Below are positions 37,992 to 47,682 of a stretch of DNA of 64,000 nucleotides, piece after piece. The stretch comes from an uncultured Pseudomonadota bacterium (GTDB lineage: Bacteria > Myxococcota_A > Polyangia > Fen-1088): NCBI GenBank assembly GCA_963774325.1, contig CAVZEF010000004.1, positions 222,958-286,957 on the forward strand, given 5' to 3'. The position numbers and the translations under genes are program-made. Below the pieces are notes generated by a model, which saw only the letters and a program-made list of their open reading frames with translations, was not told the DNA's origin and did not search any database. The first letter of the stretch is position 1. Each line of letters starts with the position of its first letter.

Positions 37992-39494
37992 ATGAGGCTC
38001 GCCCCCGCCTTTCCGAAGCCGTCGTTGCCGGTCGCTCTGGCTGAATGTGCGATGATCGCGCTGATGATGTCGGCGTGCGCCGGCGTGAAGGCCCCTCCGC
38101 CTCCCGCCGGGAGCGGCGATGCGTCAGGTGGCGCGGGTGGTGCGACGAGGCCGCCGACCGGCGCCGGCGGGACCGGCGTGACACTTCCGCCAACCGGCAA
38201 CGGCGCCTGCACCAACCTGCGCTGCCGCCAGGGGAGCTGCACCGGCGCCGGCTGCACGGCGACTCCGTGTCCCGGGGGTGGGACCACCTCGTTGAGCGGC
38301 ACCGTCACCGACCCGGCCGGCAAGGTCCCGCTCTACAACGTTGTGGTCTACGTCCCCAACGAACCCTTGCAGCCGCTGCACGAGGGCGCCGCCTGCGAGA
38401 CCTGCAACGGGAACGTCTCTGGCAAGCCGATCGCGGTGACGCTGACCGACACCGCCGGCCACTTCGAGATCGACGACGTCCCTGTCGGCGCCGATGTCCC
38501 GGTGGTCATCCAGATCGGCAAATGGCGCCGACAGCTCGTGGTGGCCAACGTCTCGGCCTGCGCCAACACCCCGATCACCAACGCGGACCTGACGCGACTG
38601 CCGCGCAACCAGAGCGAAGGCGACATCCCCAAGTTCGCCATCGCCACCGGGGGCTCGGACGCGCTCGAATGTTTGCTGCGCAAGATCGGCGTCGACGAGG
38701 CCGAGTTCACGAGCGACACCGGCGCCGGCCGCGTGCACCTGTTCCAGGGCTACCGCGCGTCGCCGACCGTCGCCACCAATGGCGCGAGCACGCCGCTCGA
38801 GCCCGTCGACCAGCTCTGGTCCAGCGCCGCCAGCATGATGAGGTACGACATCGTGCTGATGGCGTGTGAGGGGGACTCCGGCCAGTCCGAGGGACGCACC
38901 GCCGCCCAGTACCAGGCCGTGCGCGGCTACGGCGACATGGGCGGCCGCGTCTTCGGATCGCACTACCACACCAACTGGGTCCGCTCCGAGGACGGCGAGC
39001 CCAACGCCGGGTACCCGATGGTCGCGAAGTTCTCGTCCGGTGAAGGCACGTTGCCCGACGGATTTCTGTCCAACGTCGACACCAGCTTTCCGAAGGGAGC
39101 AGCGCTGCGCGACTGGCTGGTCAACGTCGGCGCGACGCCCACGCCGGGCCAGCTCGCGGTCAACGGCACCAAGCACCTGGTCGACGCCACCGTGCCCGGC
39201 GTGTCACAGCAGTGGCTCTACGGCCTGGACACCGCGAAGAAGACGAACGCCGTGCAGTATTTCTCTTTCACCACGCCCGTGGGCCAGAAAGAGTGCGGCC
39301 GGATGATCTTCAGCGACGTCCACGTCTCGCAGGGCGGCGGCGATCTGGCGGCCGTTCCGTTCCCCACCCGCTGCGGTCCGGCCGGCGGCGAGCTCTCGCC
39401 GCAGGAGAAGGCGCTCGAGTTCATGCTCTTCGACATCTCGTCCTGCGTGCAGAAAGACGACGCGCCGGTCCAGCCGCCGACGATCATCCCGTAG
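37992..39494 (+). CDS. Myxobacterial-type lipoprotein with carboxypeptidase-regulatory-like domain
   Basis: MMSA-C lipobox, SLSGTVTDPAG..PLYNVVVYVP, QIGKWRRQ, DALECLLRKIG, CGRMIFSDVHV, QEKALEFMLFD; start may be a few codons later. Confidence 0.8.
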   Translation: MRLAPAFPKPSLPVALAECAMIALMMSACAGVKAPPPPAGSGDASGGAGGATRPPTGAGGTGVTLPPTGNGACTNLRCRQGSCTGAGCTATPCPGGGTTSLSGTVTDPAGKVPLYNVVVYVPNEPLQPLHEGAACETCNGNVSGKPIAVTLTDTAGHFEIDDVPVGADVPVVIQIGKWRRQLVVANVSACANTPITNADLTRLPRNQSEGDIPKFAIATGGSDALECLLRKIGVDEAEFTSDTGAGRVHLFQGYRASPTVATNGASTPLEPVDQLWSSAASMMRYDIVLMACEGDSGQSEGRTAAQYQAVRGYGDMGGRVFGSHYHTNWVRSEDGEPNAGYPMVAKFSSGEGTLPDGFLSNVDTSFPKGAALRDWLVNVGATPTPGQLAVNGTKHLVDATVPGVSQQWLYGLDTAKKTNAVQYFSFTTPVGQKECGRMIFSDVHVSQGGGDLAAVPFPTRCGPAGGELSPQEKALEFMLFDISSCVQKDDAPVQPPTIIP

Positions 39495-39594
39495 TCGCCC
39501 ACCGGTGCGCCTCCCTTCGGTGCCCCGGCCCGCGCGACCGCTCGCTTCTCGACCAATGAGCCTTAGGTTGGTGGGCGCCACCAAAGGAGGCAAA

Positions 39595-40188
39595 ATGAAA
39601 ACCAAGCAACTGGAAGAGCTCTTGTTGCAATCGCTCGAGCACGAGATGGGCGGAGTCAAGATCTACGCGGCTGCGTTGACCTGCGTACAGAACGCCGACC
39701 TCAAGAAGGAATGGACCGAGTACCACGAGCAGACCCGCACCCACGTGACCGCGCTCGAGGGGGTCTGCAAGGCGCTCGACATCGACGCCAAGAAAGAGAC
39801 GCCCGGAAGAAAAGTCGTGCGCACCGTCGGCGGAGCGCTGGTCGAGGCCATGAAGCTCGCCAAGGACGCCGGCAATCCCGCCGCCGCCGAGCTGGTCGCC
39901 TGCGAGTGTGTGGTCCTCGCCGAGGTCAAGGATCACGCCGACTGGGAGCTCCTTGGTAAGTGCGCCGAGCACCTGGAAGGCGCCCAGAAGAAAGCCCTGA
40001 AGGACGCCTACGACGAGATCGAGGATCAGGAGGACGAGCACCTCTATCACACCAAGGGATGGTGCCGGGAGCTATGGATCCAGTCGCTGGGCTTGAAGGC
40101 CGTCCTGCCTCCACCGGAGGAGGTCAAGGAGGTCAAGACCGCCATCGGCGCGGCGCGGGCCGAACAATCGGCGGGCAGCCACCGCTGA
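39595..40188 (+). CDS. Ferritin-like (DUF892-like) protein
   Basis: GGAGG RBS, EHEMGG, ECVVLAEVKDHADWE, EDQEDEHLYH. Confidence 0.8.
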   Translation: MKTKQLEELLLQSLEHEMGGVKIYAAALTCVQNADLKKEWTEYHEQTRTHVTALEGVCKALDIDAKKETPGRKVVRTVGGALVEAMKLAKDAGNPAAAELVACECVVLAEVKDHADWELLGKCAEHLEGAQKKALKDAYDEIEDQEDEHLYHTKGWCRELWIQSLGLKAVLPPPEEVKEVKTAIGAARAEQSAGSHR

Positions 40189-40340
40189 CAATCACACGAA
40201 ACCGGATCGGCGTCCGACGCGCGGAGGTGTCTCATCCCCCGCGCGTCGCTCGCTATCGCGTCGACGAGCGACGGCGCGCGAAACGCCGGACGCGGACGAT
40301 TGTCGGCCGGCGTCCCCGAGTTAGAGCTCGGGCCGTAGCG

Positions 40341-40691
40341 CTACGGAGACGGAGGCGACTGGCAGGCCATGTCCGCCGGAAACGCCACCGCGGCGTCCGT
40401 CCCGGTGCCGGTGCACGTCGCTGCCTGGACCAGCGGCAGACAGGCGGCGGCGTCGTTGTACGCCTTGTCGCCCTGGGAGCACCCGAGCGTCACGAAGAAT
40501 CCACGGCAATCCGCGTCGGTATCGAAGGACACCGTCAATCCTCCTTGCGACACGGCGCACATGGGCCCGTCGAGGCACGAACACGCTTTCTGACAGACCA
40601 TCGTTCCGATCTGCTGGCAGACGCTCTCCGAAGAAGAACCGCAGGTCACCTGCAAGAGGCTGGCGATCACCAGCACGAGGAATTTGCGCAT
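40341..40691 (-). CDS. Small Cys-rich lipoprotein
   Basis: LQVT-C-GS signal, about 10 Cys in 116 aa. Confidence 0.6.
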   Translation of the reverse strand: MRKFLVLVIASLLQVTCGSSSESVCQQIGTMVCQKACSCLDGPMCAVSQGGLTVSFDTDADCRGFFVTLGCSQGDKAYNDAAACLPLVQAATCTGTGTDAAVAFPADMACQSPPSP

Positions 40692-40831
40692 GGCGCATTT
40701 TCAACCCCATTGCGGCCGGCCGTCAATTTGTCGTCGCCGGACTTCCCCTCCCGGTATGCGATCGCGATATTTCAGGACGTAAGGGTCTTTGACCGTCGCA
40801 GGCGCCACGCCGGAAGAACAAGGAGGTCGCC

Positions 40832-41290
40832 ATGTCCACGATCCATCTTCACCAAACGACCACCGCGACGCCCCAGCAGTTCATCGCGGCGCTCACGGAC
40901 TTCGGGCCCGGCCGCGGGAAGCTCTTCGGGAACAGCACCGACGACTACCTCGAGGTGCATGAGCGCGGCGTCAGCGAAGCCGACGTCACCGAAGGCTCGA
41001 GCGGTATCTGGGAACGCCTGCACTACGACTGGTCGGATCCCAACCACGTGGTCATGAAGACAATCGACTCCAACATCTGGGGAGGAAACTCGGGTCACAC
41101 GTATACCTTCACGCGCAATCTCGACGGAACGACCGACCTCGACGCGGTCGTGGTTCGCGACGGCAAGAACCTCAAGGGGCGCCTGCTCGGCGCCCTCGTC
41201 GGAAGCATCGGCAAAGGTCATCTGGCAAAGGCGCTGGCCAACACCGTCAAGGCCGTCGAGGCCCGCAATCACGGAATGACAGCCGGGTAG
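40832..41290 (+). CDS. SRPBCC/polyketide-cyclase-like protein
   Basis: GGAGG RBS, ALTDFGPGR, VTEGS..IWERLHYDWS, DSNIWG. Confidence 0.75.
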   Translation: MSTIHLHQTTTATPQQFIAALTDFGPGRGKLFGNSTDDYLEVHERGVSEADVTEGSSGIWERLHYDWSDPNHVVMKTIDSNIWGGNSGHTYTFTRNLDGTTDLDAVVVRDGKNLKGRLLGALVGSIGKGHLAKALANTVKAVEARNHGMTAG

Positions 41291-41363
41291 TCGGATCCGT
41301 TCGCGGTCGCGTTCGAAGACCGTGACGAGGACTCGGTCCTCGTTCACCTGCTAGGGTTGGGGA

Positions 41364-41948
41364 ATGGCGGCTCCACGACTCGCGACCATGGCGCGGCAGC
41401 TCACGCTGAGGCCCGACGGGACGTTGCGCCTCGCGGTGGTCGCGGACACGCACTCGGAGCCTCACCCGCAAGCAGCCGAGCACCTGGCGGCGCGCACGCC
41501 CGACGCCATCCTGCACGCCGGGGACATCGGCGATCGCGAGGTGCTCGACCACCTCTCACGCATCGCCCCCGTGCATGCCATTCGGGGCAACATCGACGTC
41601 CACGCGCCCGACCTGCCGGACGTGCTCACGCTCGATCTCGTGCGCAGCGCCGAGGATCCGCAACCGCTGCTGCGAATGCTTCTGGTTCACATCGGCGTTT
41701 ACGGCCCCAAGCTGCGCGCCGAGGTCGCGGCGATGGCCCGTGCGCACGGCGCGCAGGTCGTGGTGTGCGGGCACTCGCACGTGCCATTTCTCGGGCGCGA
41801 CCGCGGCCTCACGGTCTTCAACCCCGGATCGATCGGGCCGCGTCGGTTTCACCTGCCCATCGTCTTCGGCACCATCGACGTGACTCCCGCCGGCTTACGG
41901 CTCGCTCACGTCGATTGCGAAACCGGAGCGCCCTGGACCCCGCCGTAA
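41364..41948 (+). CDS. YfcE-like metallophosphoesterase
   Basis: [32 protein letters not shown]. Confidence 0.9.
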   Translation: MAAPRLATMARQLTLRPDGTLRLAVVADTHSEPHPQAAEHLAARTPDAILHAGDIGDREVLDHLSRIAPVHAIRGNIDVHAPDLPDVLTLDLVRSAEDPQPLLRMLLVHIGVYGPKLRAEVAAMARAHGAQVVVCGHSHVPFLGRDRGLTVFNPGSIGPRRFHLPIVFGTIDVTPAGLRLAHVDCETGAPWTPP

Positions 41949-41997
41949 CAGGTCTCGTCGAGTTTGACCGCGCAAACGGAGCGCTCACCTTTCACTT

Positions 41998-43431
41998 GTG
42001 GGCACACAGGTGGAGCACTCGGGCTATGCACTTCCCGCACCTGGCGTGGCCGCGCCGCTCGATTTGCAGTTCCGGCCGGCGGCGCTGGGCAGGCGCGACT
42101 TCGAACAGCGCGCGAACGAGACCGGGCATCCGGTACACGTTCGCTTCGCGCTCGAGCAGGACGGGGGCGCGGTTTCGCGGTTCGAGGTGCAGCTCATGCC
42201 GGAGAGCCACCCCGACGCGACGGCGAACTTCCGCATGCTCGAGCGTCTGGTCAAGCTGGCGGTCTGGTCGCGCGGCGGGTACCGCATCACCCTCGACGCA
42301 CCGGAGGCTCTGGTCGAGCAGCTCCGCGTCCACTATCGCGACAGCGCGACCGGCTGGTTCGACTCCGAGATCGTCGGCTGCCGTGTCTACAATCATCCGA
42401 TCGAGATCGTGGCGGCGCACGAGCTGCCGCCGGAGCGGGCCGCGACCACGACGCTCGGCGGCCACCTCGACGGCTGCCGCATCGGCTTCGACCTGGGCGG
42501 CAGCGATCGCAAGGTGGCGGCGATCATCGACGGCCGCGTCGTCTGGAGCGAGGAGACCGAGTGGGATCCGTACTACCAGCCCGACCCCCAATACCACTGG
42601 GACGGGATCATGGACTCGCTTCGTCGGGCCGCCGACCACTTGCCGCGCGTCGACGCGATCGGGGGCAGCGCCGCCGGCGTCTACGTCGACAACCAGGTGA
42701 AGTTCGCCTCGCTGTTTCGGGGCGTGGCGCCCGACGTGTTCGAGGAGCGCGTCCGAAACATCTTTCGCGATCTCAAACATGCCTGGCACGACATCCCGTT
42801 CGACGTGGTGAATGACGGAGACGTCACCGCCCTCATGGGATCGAGGTCGATGAGCAGCGGCGGCGTCCTCGGGATCGCGCTCGGCACCAGCACCGCCGGT
42901 GGTTTCGTCACCGCCGACGGCCACATCACGCCCTGGCTCAACGAGATCGCCTTCGTGCCGATCGACTATCGCGCCGACGCCCCCCGCGACGAATGGTCGG
43001 GCGACATCGGCTGCTGCGTGCAGTACCTGTCCCAGCAGGCGGTGGGCCGGCTGCTGACCCCGGCGGGTATCATCCTCCCCCCTTCATTGCCGCTGCCCAC
43101 CAAGCTCAAGGAGCTGCAAGCGATGATGAAGGCGGGAGAGCCGCGCGCGCGCCGGATCTACGAGACGATCGGCGTGTACCTCGGCTACGCGCTGCCCGAG
43201 CTGGCGGCGGTCTACGATTACCGTCACGTGCTGCTGCTCGGACGCGTCACCTCGGGGCCGGGCGGCGACGTCATGCTGGACATGGCGCGCCAGGTGCTGC
43301 GCGTCGACTTCCCCGAGCTGGCGACCCGGCTGGATCTCCGCATGCCCGGCGAGCAGGACAAGCGTCATGGGCAGGCGATCGCCGCCGCCAGCCTGCCCGA
43401 GCGAGGAGAATCGGCGCTGGTGCACGCCTGA
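41998..43431 (+). CDS. ROK family protein with N-terminal extension
   Basis: IGFDLGGSDRK, IGGSAAG, VVNDGDVTAL, GIALGTS; start uncertain. Confidence 0.85.
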   Translation: MGTQVEHSGYALPAPGVAAPLDLQFRPAALGRRDFEQRANETGHPVHVRFALEQDGGAVSRFEVQLMPESHPDATANFRMLERLVKLAVWSRGGYRITLDAPEALVEQLRVHYRDSATGWFDSEIVGCRVYNHPIEIVAAHELPPERAATTTLGGHLDGCRIGFDLGGSDRKVAAIIDGRVVWSEETEWDPYYQPDPQYHWDGIMDSLRRAADHLPRVDAIGGSAAGVYVDNQVKFASLFRGVAPDVFEERVRNIFRDLKHAWHDIPFDVVNDGDVTALMGSRSMSSGGVLGIALGTSTAGGFVTADGHITPWLNEIAFVPIDYRADAPRDEWSGDIGCCVQYLSQQAVGRLLTPAGIILPPSLPLPTKLKELQAMMKAGEPRARRIYETIGVYLGYALPELAAVYDYRHVLLLGRVTSGPGGDVMLDMARQVLRVDFPELATRLDLRMPGEQDKRHGQAIAAASLPERGESALVHA

Positions 43432-43487
43432 CGGCAATCGTCACCACGTCATCAGGCAAGCAACAGGCCAGGACGCATGTTGCGCGG

Positions 43488-45106
43488 TCAAGCAGCCTGG
43501 ATAGCCTGCAACGTGAGACCGAACCGGGCGAGGTACTTGCGAAGGCGATCGGCGTCGTTCGTCGTGGCGCGCGCGGAGCGCGACGCCGCGAACAGCGCGC
43601 GGCCTGCCTCGGATAGCGAGCGCGCGGTCCGGCAGATGCGGACGACCTCCTCGAGCTGGATCCGATCGAAGCGATCGAGGGCAGAAAGGTGCGCGCTGTC
43701 GAGCAAGCGGTCGAGGATGCCGTCGGGTTCCTCCGCATGCTTCGCCGCATCCGGCTCGACGCGCCAGAGCGCGCGCAGGCGCTCGATCTCGTCGTCGACC
43801 TCGGAAGTGCTGATGCGGCCACCCTCGCAGAGAGTCGCCATGCGGCGCAGCGACGCGCCGAAGTCGCGAAAGTTCCCGCTCCAGCGCGCCTCCGCGGAGC
43901 GCGCGAAGGCGAGATAGCGCTCCCGCGCCTCGCGGCTCAGCGTCAGGCGCTGCTTGAGGTCGTCGCCGACGCGTTCCAGCTCGAACTCGAGGTTGGTCTC
44001 GATGTCTTCTCGGCGGTCCCGGAGCCCGGGGAGCAGGAAGGTCCACAAGTTGATGCGCGCCAGGAGATCCTCGCGAAACCGGCCGCTCGCGACCCGATCG
44101 GCGAGATCCCGGTTGGTGCCCGCGATCAGCTGAAAGTCGCTGTGCACCTCCTTGTCGGAGCCGACCGGGAAGAAGGTCTTGTCCTCGATGGCGCGCAAGA
44201 GCATCGCCTGTTCGTCGAGACCGAGCTCGCCGATCTCGTCGAGGAACAGGACGCCCTTGTCGGCCTTGCGTAGCATCCCGCCGCGCCCTCGGCGGCCCCG
44301 GTATAGGCGCCGCGCACGTGTCCGAACAGCGTCGACATCGCGGCATCTCCGCGGACCGTCGCGCAGTTGATCTCGACGAGCTCTCCGGCGACCTGCCGCC
44401 GGGTCTTCTTGAGCTCGTAGATGCGCCGCGCGAGCTGTGACTTGCCCGAGCCCGTCGGTCCGCACAGCAGCACTGGATCGCGAGACGCGATCGCAACCTG
44501 CTCGACGCGCTCGATGAGGCGGTTGTACGCCGCGTTCTTGGTATCGATGCCCGCCTTCAGGAACGACAACCCCTCCGTGCGCTCCTTCTGAAAGCGTCGG
44601 GCGATGCTGTCGTACCGGGAGAGATCGAGGTCGATGATCGTGTAGGAGCCGGCTGCGTTCCCGTCGGGCGTGGGCGGAGGCGACGTCTGGATGAGGCGCG
44701 CGGGGATGTGTCGCGACTCGACGAGCAGAAACAGCGAGATCTGCGCGATGTGCGTTCCCGTCGTGATGTGGGCCAGGTAATCCTCTCGCGTCGGATCGAA
44801 CGAGTAGCGGCGCGCGAAGTCGCGGAGCGCGCCATAGGTCTCCTCCAGGTCCCAGGGGTCCGCGATCTCGATGACGTCGAGCTCCACGGTCGTCTCGGGC
44901 GACACCTGCACCACGTCCGCTGCGATGGCCCGGGCGAGACCCGCGTAGCGCGAACCGTGTAGCAGAACGAGCCGATCGACCAGCAGATCCTCGTGCTGGC
45001 AGAGCGACACCGTCGGTCGCCAGCGTTCCCAGCGGGCAGGCCCGCGCTTTCCCTGGTCGAGGGTCGATCCGAGGAAGCCGATGACCGTGAGCCGGCGGCG
45101 CGACAT
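43488..45106 (-). pseudogene. rtcR: RNA-repair sigma54 activator RtcR with a single-base frameshift near 44288
   Basis: N-terminal GFLGSTLD..RWERWRPTVSLCQ, HITTGTHIAQI, GPTGSGKS, LFGHVRGAYTGA; other frame continues LFLDEIGE..DEQAMLLRAIE, NFRD, NDADRLRKYL. Confidence 0.88.
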
Positions 45107-45126
45107 TTATAGCATATCAATAGATA
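45102..45126. promoter_or_regulatory. AT-rich putative RtcR upstream activating site overlapping the rtcR start
   Basis: ATTTATAGCATATCAATAGATAAG containing TATC-N4-GATA, about 70 bp upstream of the sigma54 site. Confidence 0.45.
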
Positions 45127-45188
45127 AGCTGGGCCAGGAAGCCGGCGGTCGGGGCCGGCAGCCCGCGCTTCAGAAGCAGCGGTGCTCG

Positions 45189-45204
45189 TGGCACGTTCGC
45201 TGCA
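45189..45204 (+). promoter_or_regulatory. sigma54 -24/-12 promoter of rtcBA
   Basis: TGGCACGTTCGCTGCA versus consensus TGGCACG-N4-TTGCW. Confidence 0.85.
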
Positions 45205-45217
45205 AACTGGGTGGCTC

Positions 45218-46468
<1,251 letters not shown>

Positions 46469-46482
46469 GAGGACAAAGGACA

Positions 46483-47505
46483 ATGATCGCGCTCGATGGA
46501 TCGCAGGGCGAAGGCGGCGGCCAGATTCTCCGGTCGGCGCTCTCGCTCTCGCTGGTGACGGGGACGCCCTTCCGGATCGACAACATCCGGGCCGGGCGTC
46601 CCCGTCCGGGGCTGATGCGCCAGCACCTCACGGCCGTCGAGGCAGCCGCGGCTGTGGGCGGAGCCCGGACCACCGGTGCGGCCGTCGGCTCGCGCAGCCT
46701 CACGTTCGAACCGACCGGCGTACGAGCCGGCGACTATGTGTTCTCCGTCGGGACGGCTGGCAGCGCCACGCTCGTGCTCCAGACCGTGCTGCCGGGCCTG
46801 CTCACCGCCGATCGCCCCTCATCGCTGGTGCTCGAAGGCGGCACGCACAATCCGAGCTCGCCACCGTTCGACTTCCTCGCGAAGGCGTTTCTGCCTCTCG
46901 TCGCTCGCATGGGTCCCCAGGTCGAGGCGACGCTGGAGCGACCCGGGTTTTACCCGGCCGGCGGCGGCCGCTTTCGCGTCACCGTCGCGCCGACGACGGC
47001 TTTGACCCCGCTGGCTCTCGAGCAGCGGGGCGAGCTCCGTGCGCGACGTGTGCGCGCCGTCGTGGCGAGCCTGCCTCGCGCGATCGGTGAGCGCGAGCTG
47101 AATCGGTTCGCCGCGCGAACGCACTGGGACTCGTCGGCGTTCTCACTCGAGGCTGTGCCGAACTCGGTTGGGCCGGGCAACGCGCTAATCGCCGAGGTCG
47201 AGAGCGAGCACGTGACCGAGGTCTTCACGGGTTTCGGCGAAAAGCAGGTCCGCGCCGAGACCGTCGCCAACGTGTGCGCCGACGAGGTCCTCGCCTACCT
47301 CGCGACCGACGCACCCGTCGGCTCGCACCTCGCAGATCAGCTCGTGCTCCTGGTGGCCCTTGCGGGCGAGGGTATCTTCCGAACGACGACGCCGACGAAG
47401 CACACGCACACGCAGCTCGACGTCATCGCCCGCTTCCTGAGCACGTCGATCTCCTGTACCGAGGAAGCCGGGGGCACGTGGCGGATCGAAGCGCGGAGGG
47501 GATAG
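46483..47505 (+). CDS. rtcA: RNA 3'-terminal phosphate cyclase
   Basis: IALDGSQGEGGGQILRSAL, GLMRQH, GTHNPSSP, GFYPAGGG, HLADQL. Confidence 0.96.
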   Translation: MIALDGSQGEGGGQILRSALSLSLVTGTPFRIDNIRAGRPRPGLMRQHLTAVEAAAAVGGARTTGAAVGSRSLTFEPTGVRAGDYVFSVGTAGSATLVLQTVLPGLLTADRPSSLVLEGGTHNPSSPPFDFLAKAFLPLVARMGPQVEATLERPGFYPAGGGRFRVTVAPTTALTPLALEQRGELRARRVRAVVASLPRAIGERELNRFAARTHWDSSAFSLEAVPNSVGPGNALIAEVESEHVTEVFTGFGEKQVRAETVANVCADEVLAYLATDAPVGSHLADQLVLLVALAGEGIFRTTTPTKHTHTQLDVIARFLSTSISCTEEAGGTWRIEARRG

Positions 47506-47682
47506 GCGCGCGATGTGCACGATGATCTCGGTGTTCGTGCCGCGCACCGCGGACGTGGACGGGCGCGAGCAGATGACTCTCGCGTCCCTGGAGCCGCCGG
47601 CGCTCGCCCGCCTGGAGGAAGGTGTCATCTACGAGTTCGTCACCGGGCGCTGAGACACCTTGGTACGCGCGCGCTCACGTCA

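Noticed and set aside
47513-47653. 46-codon ORF after rtcA (MCTMISVFVP...)
   Set aside because: Too short and has no recognisable homology
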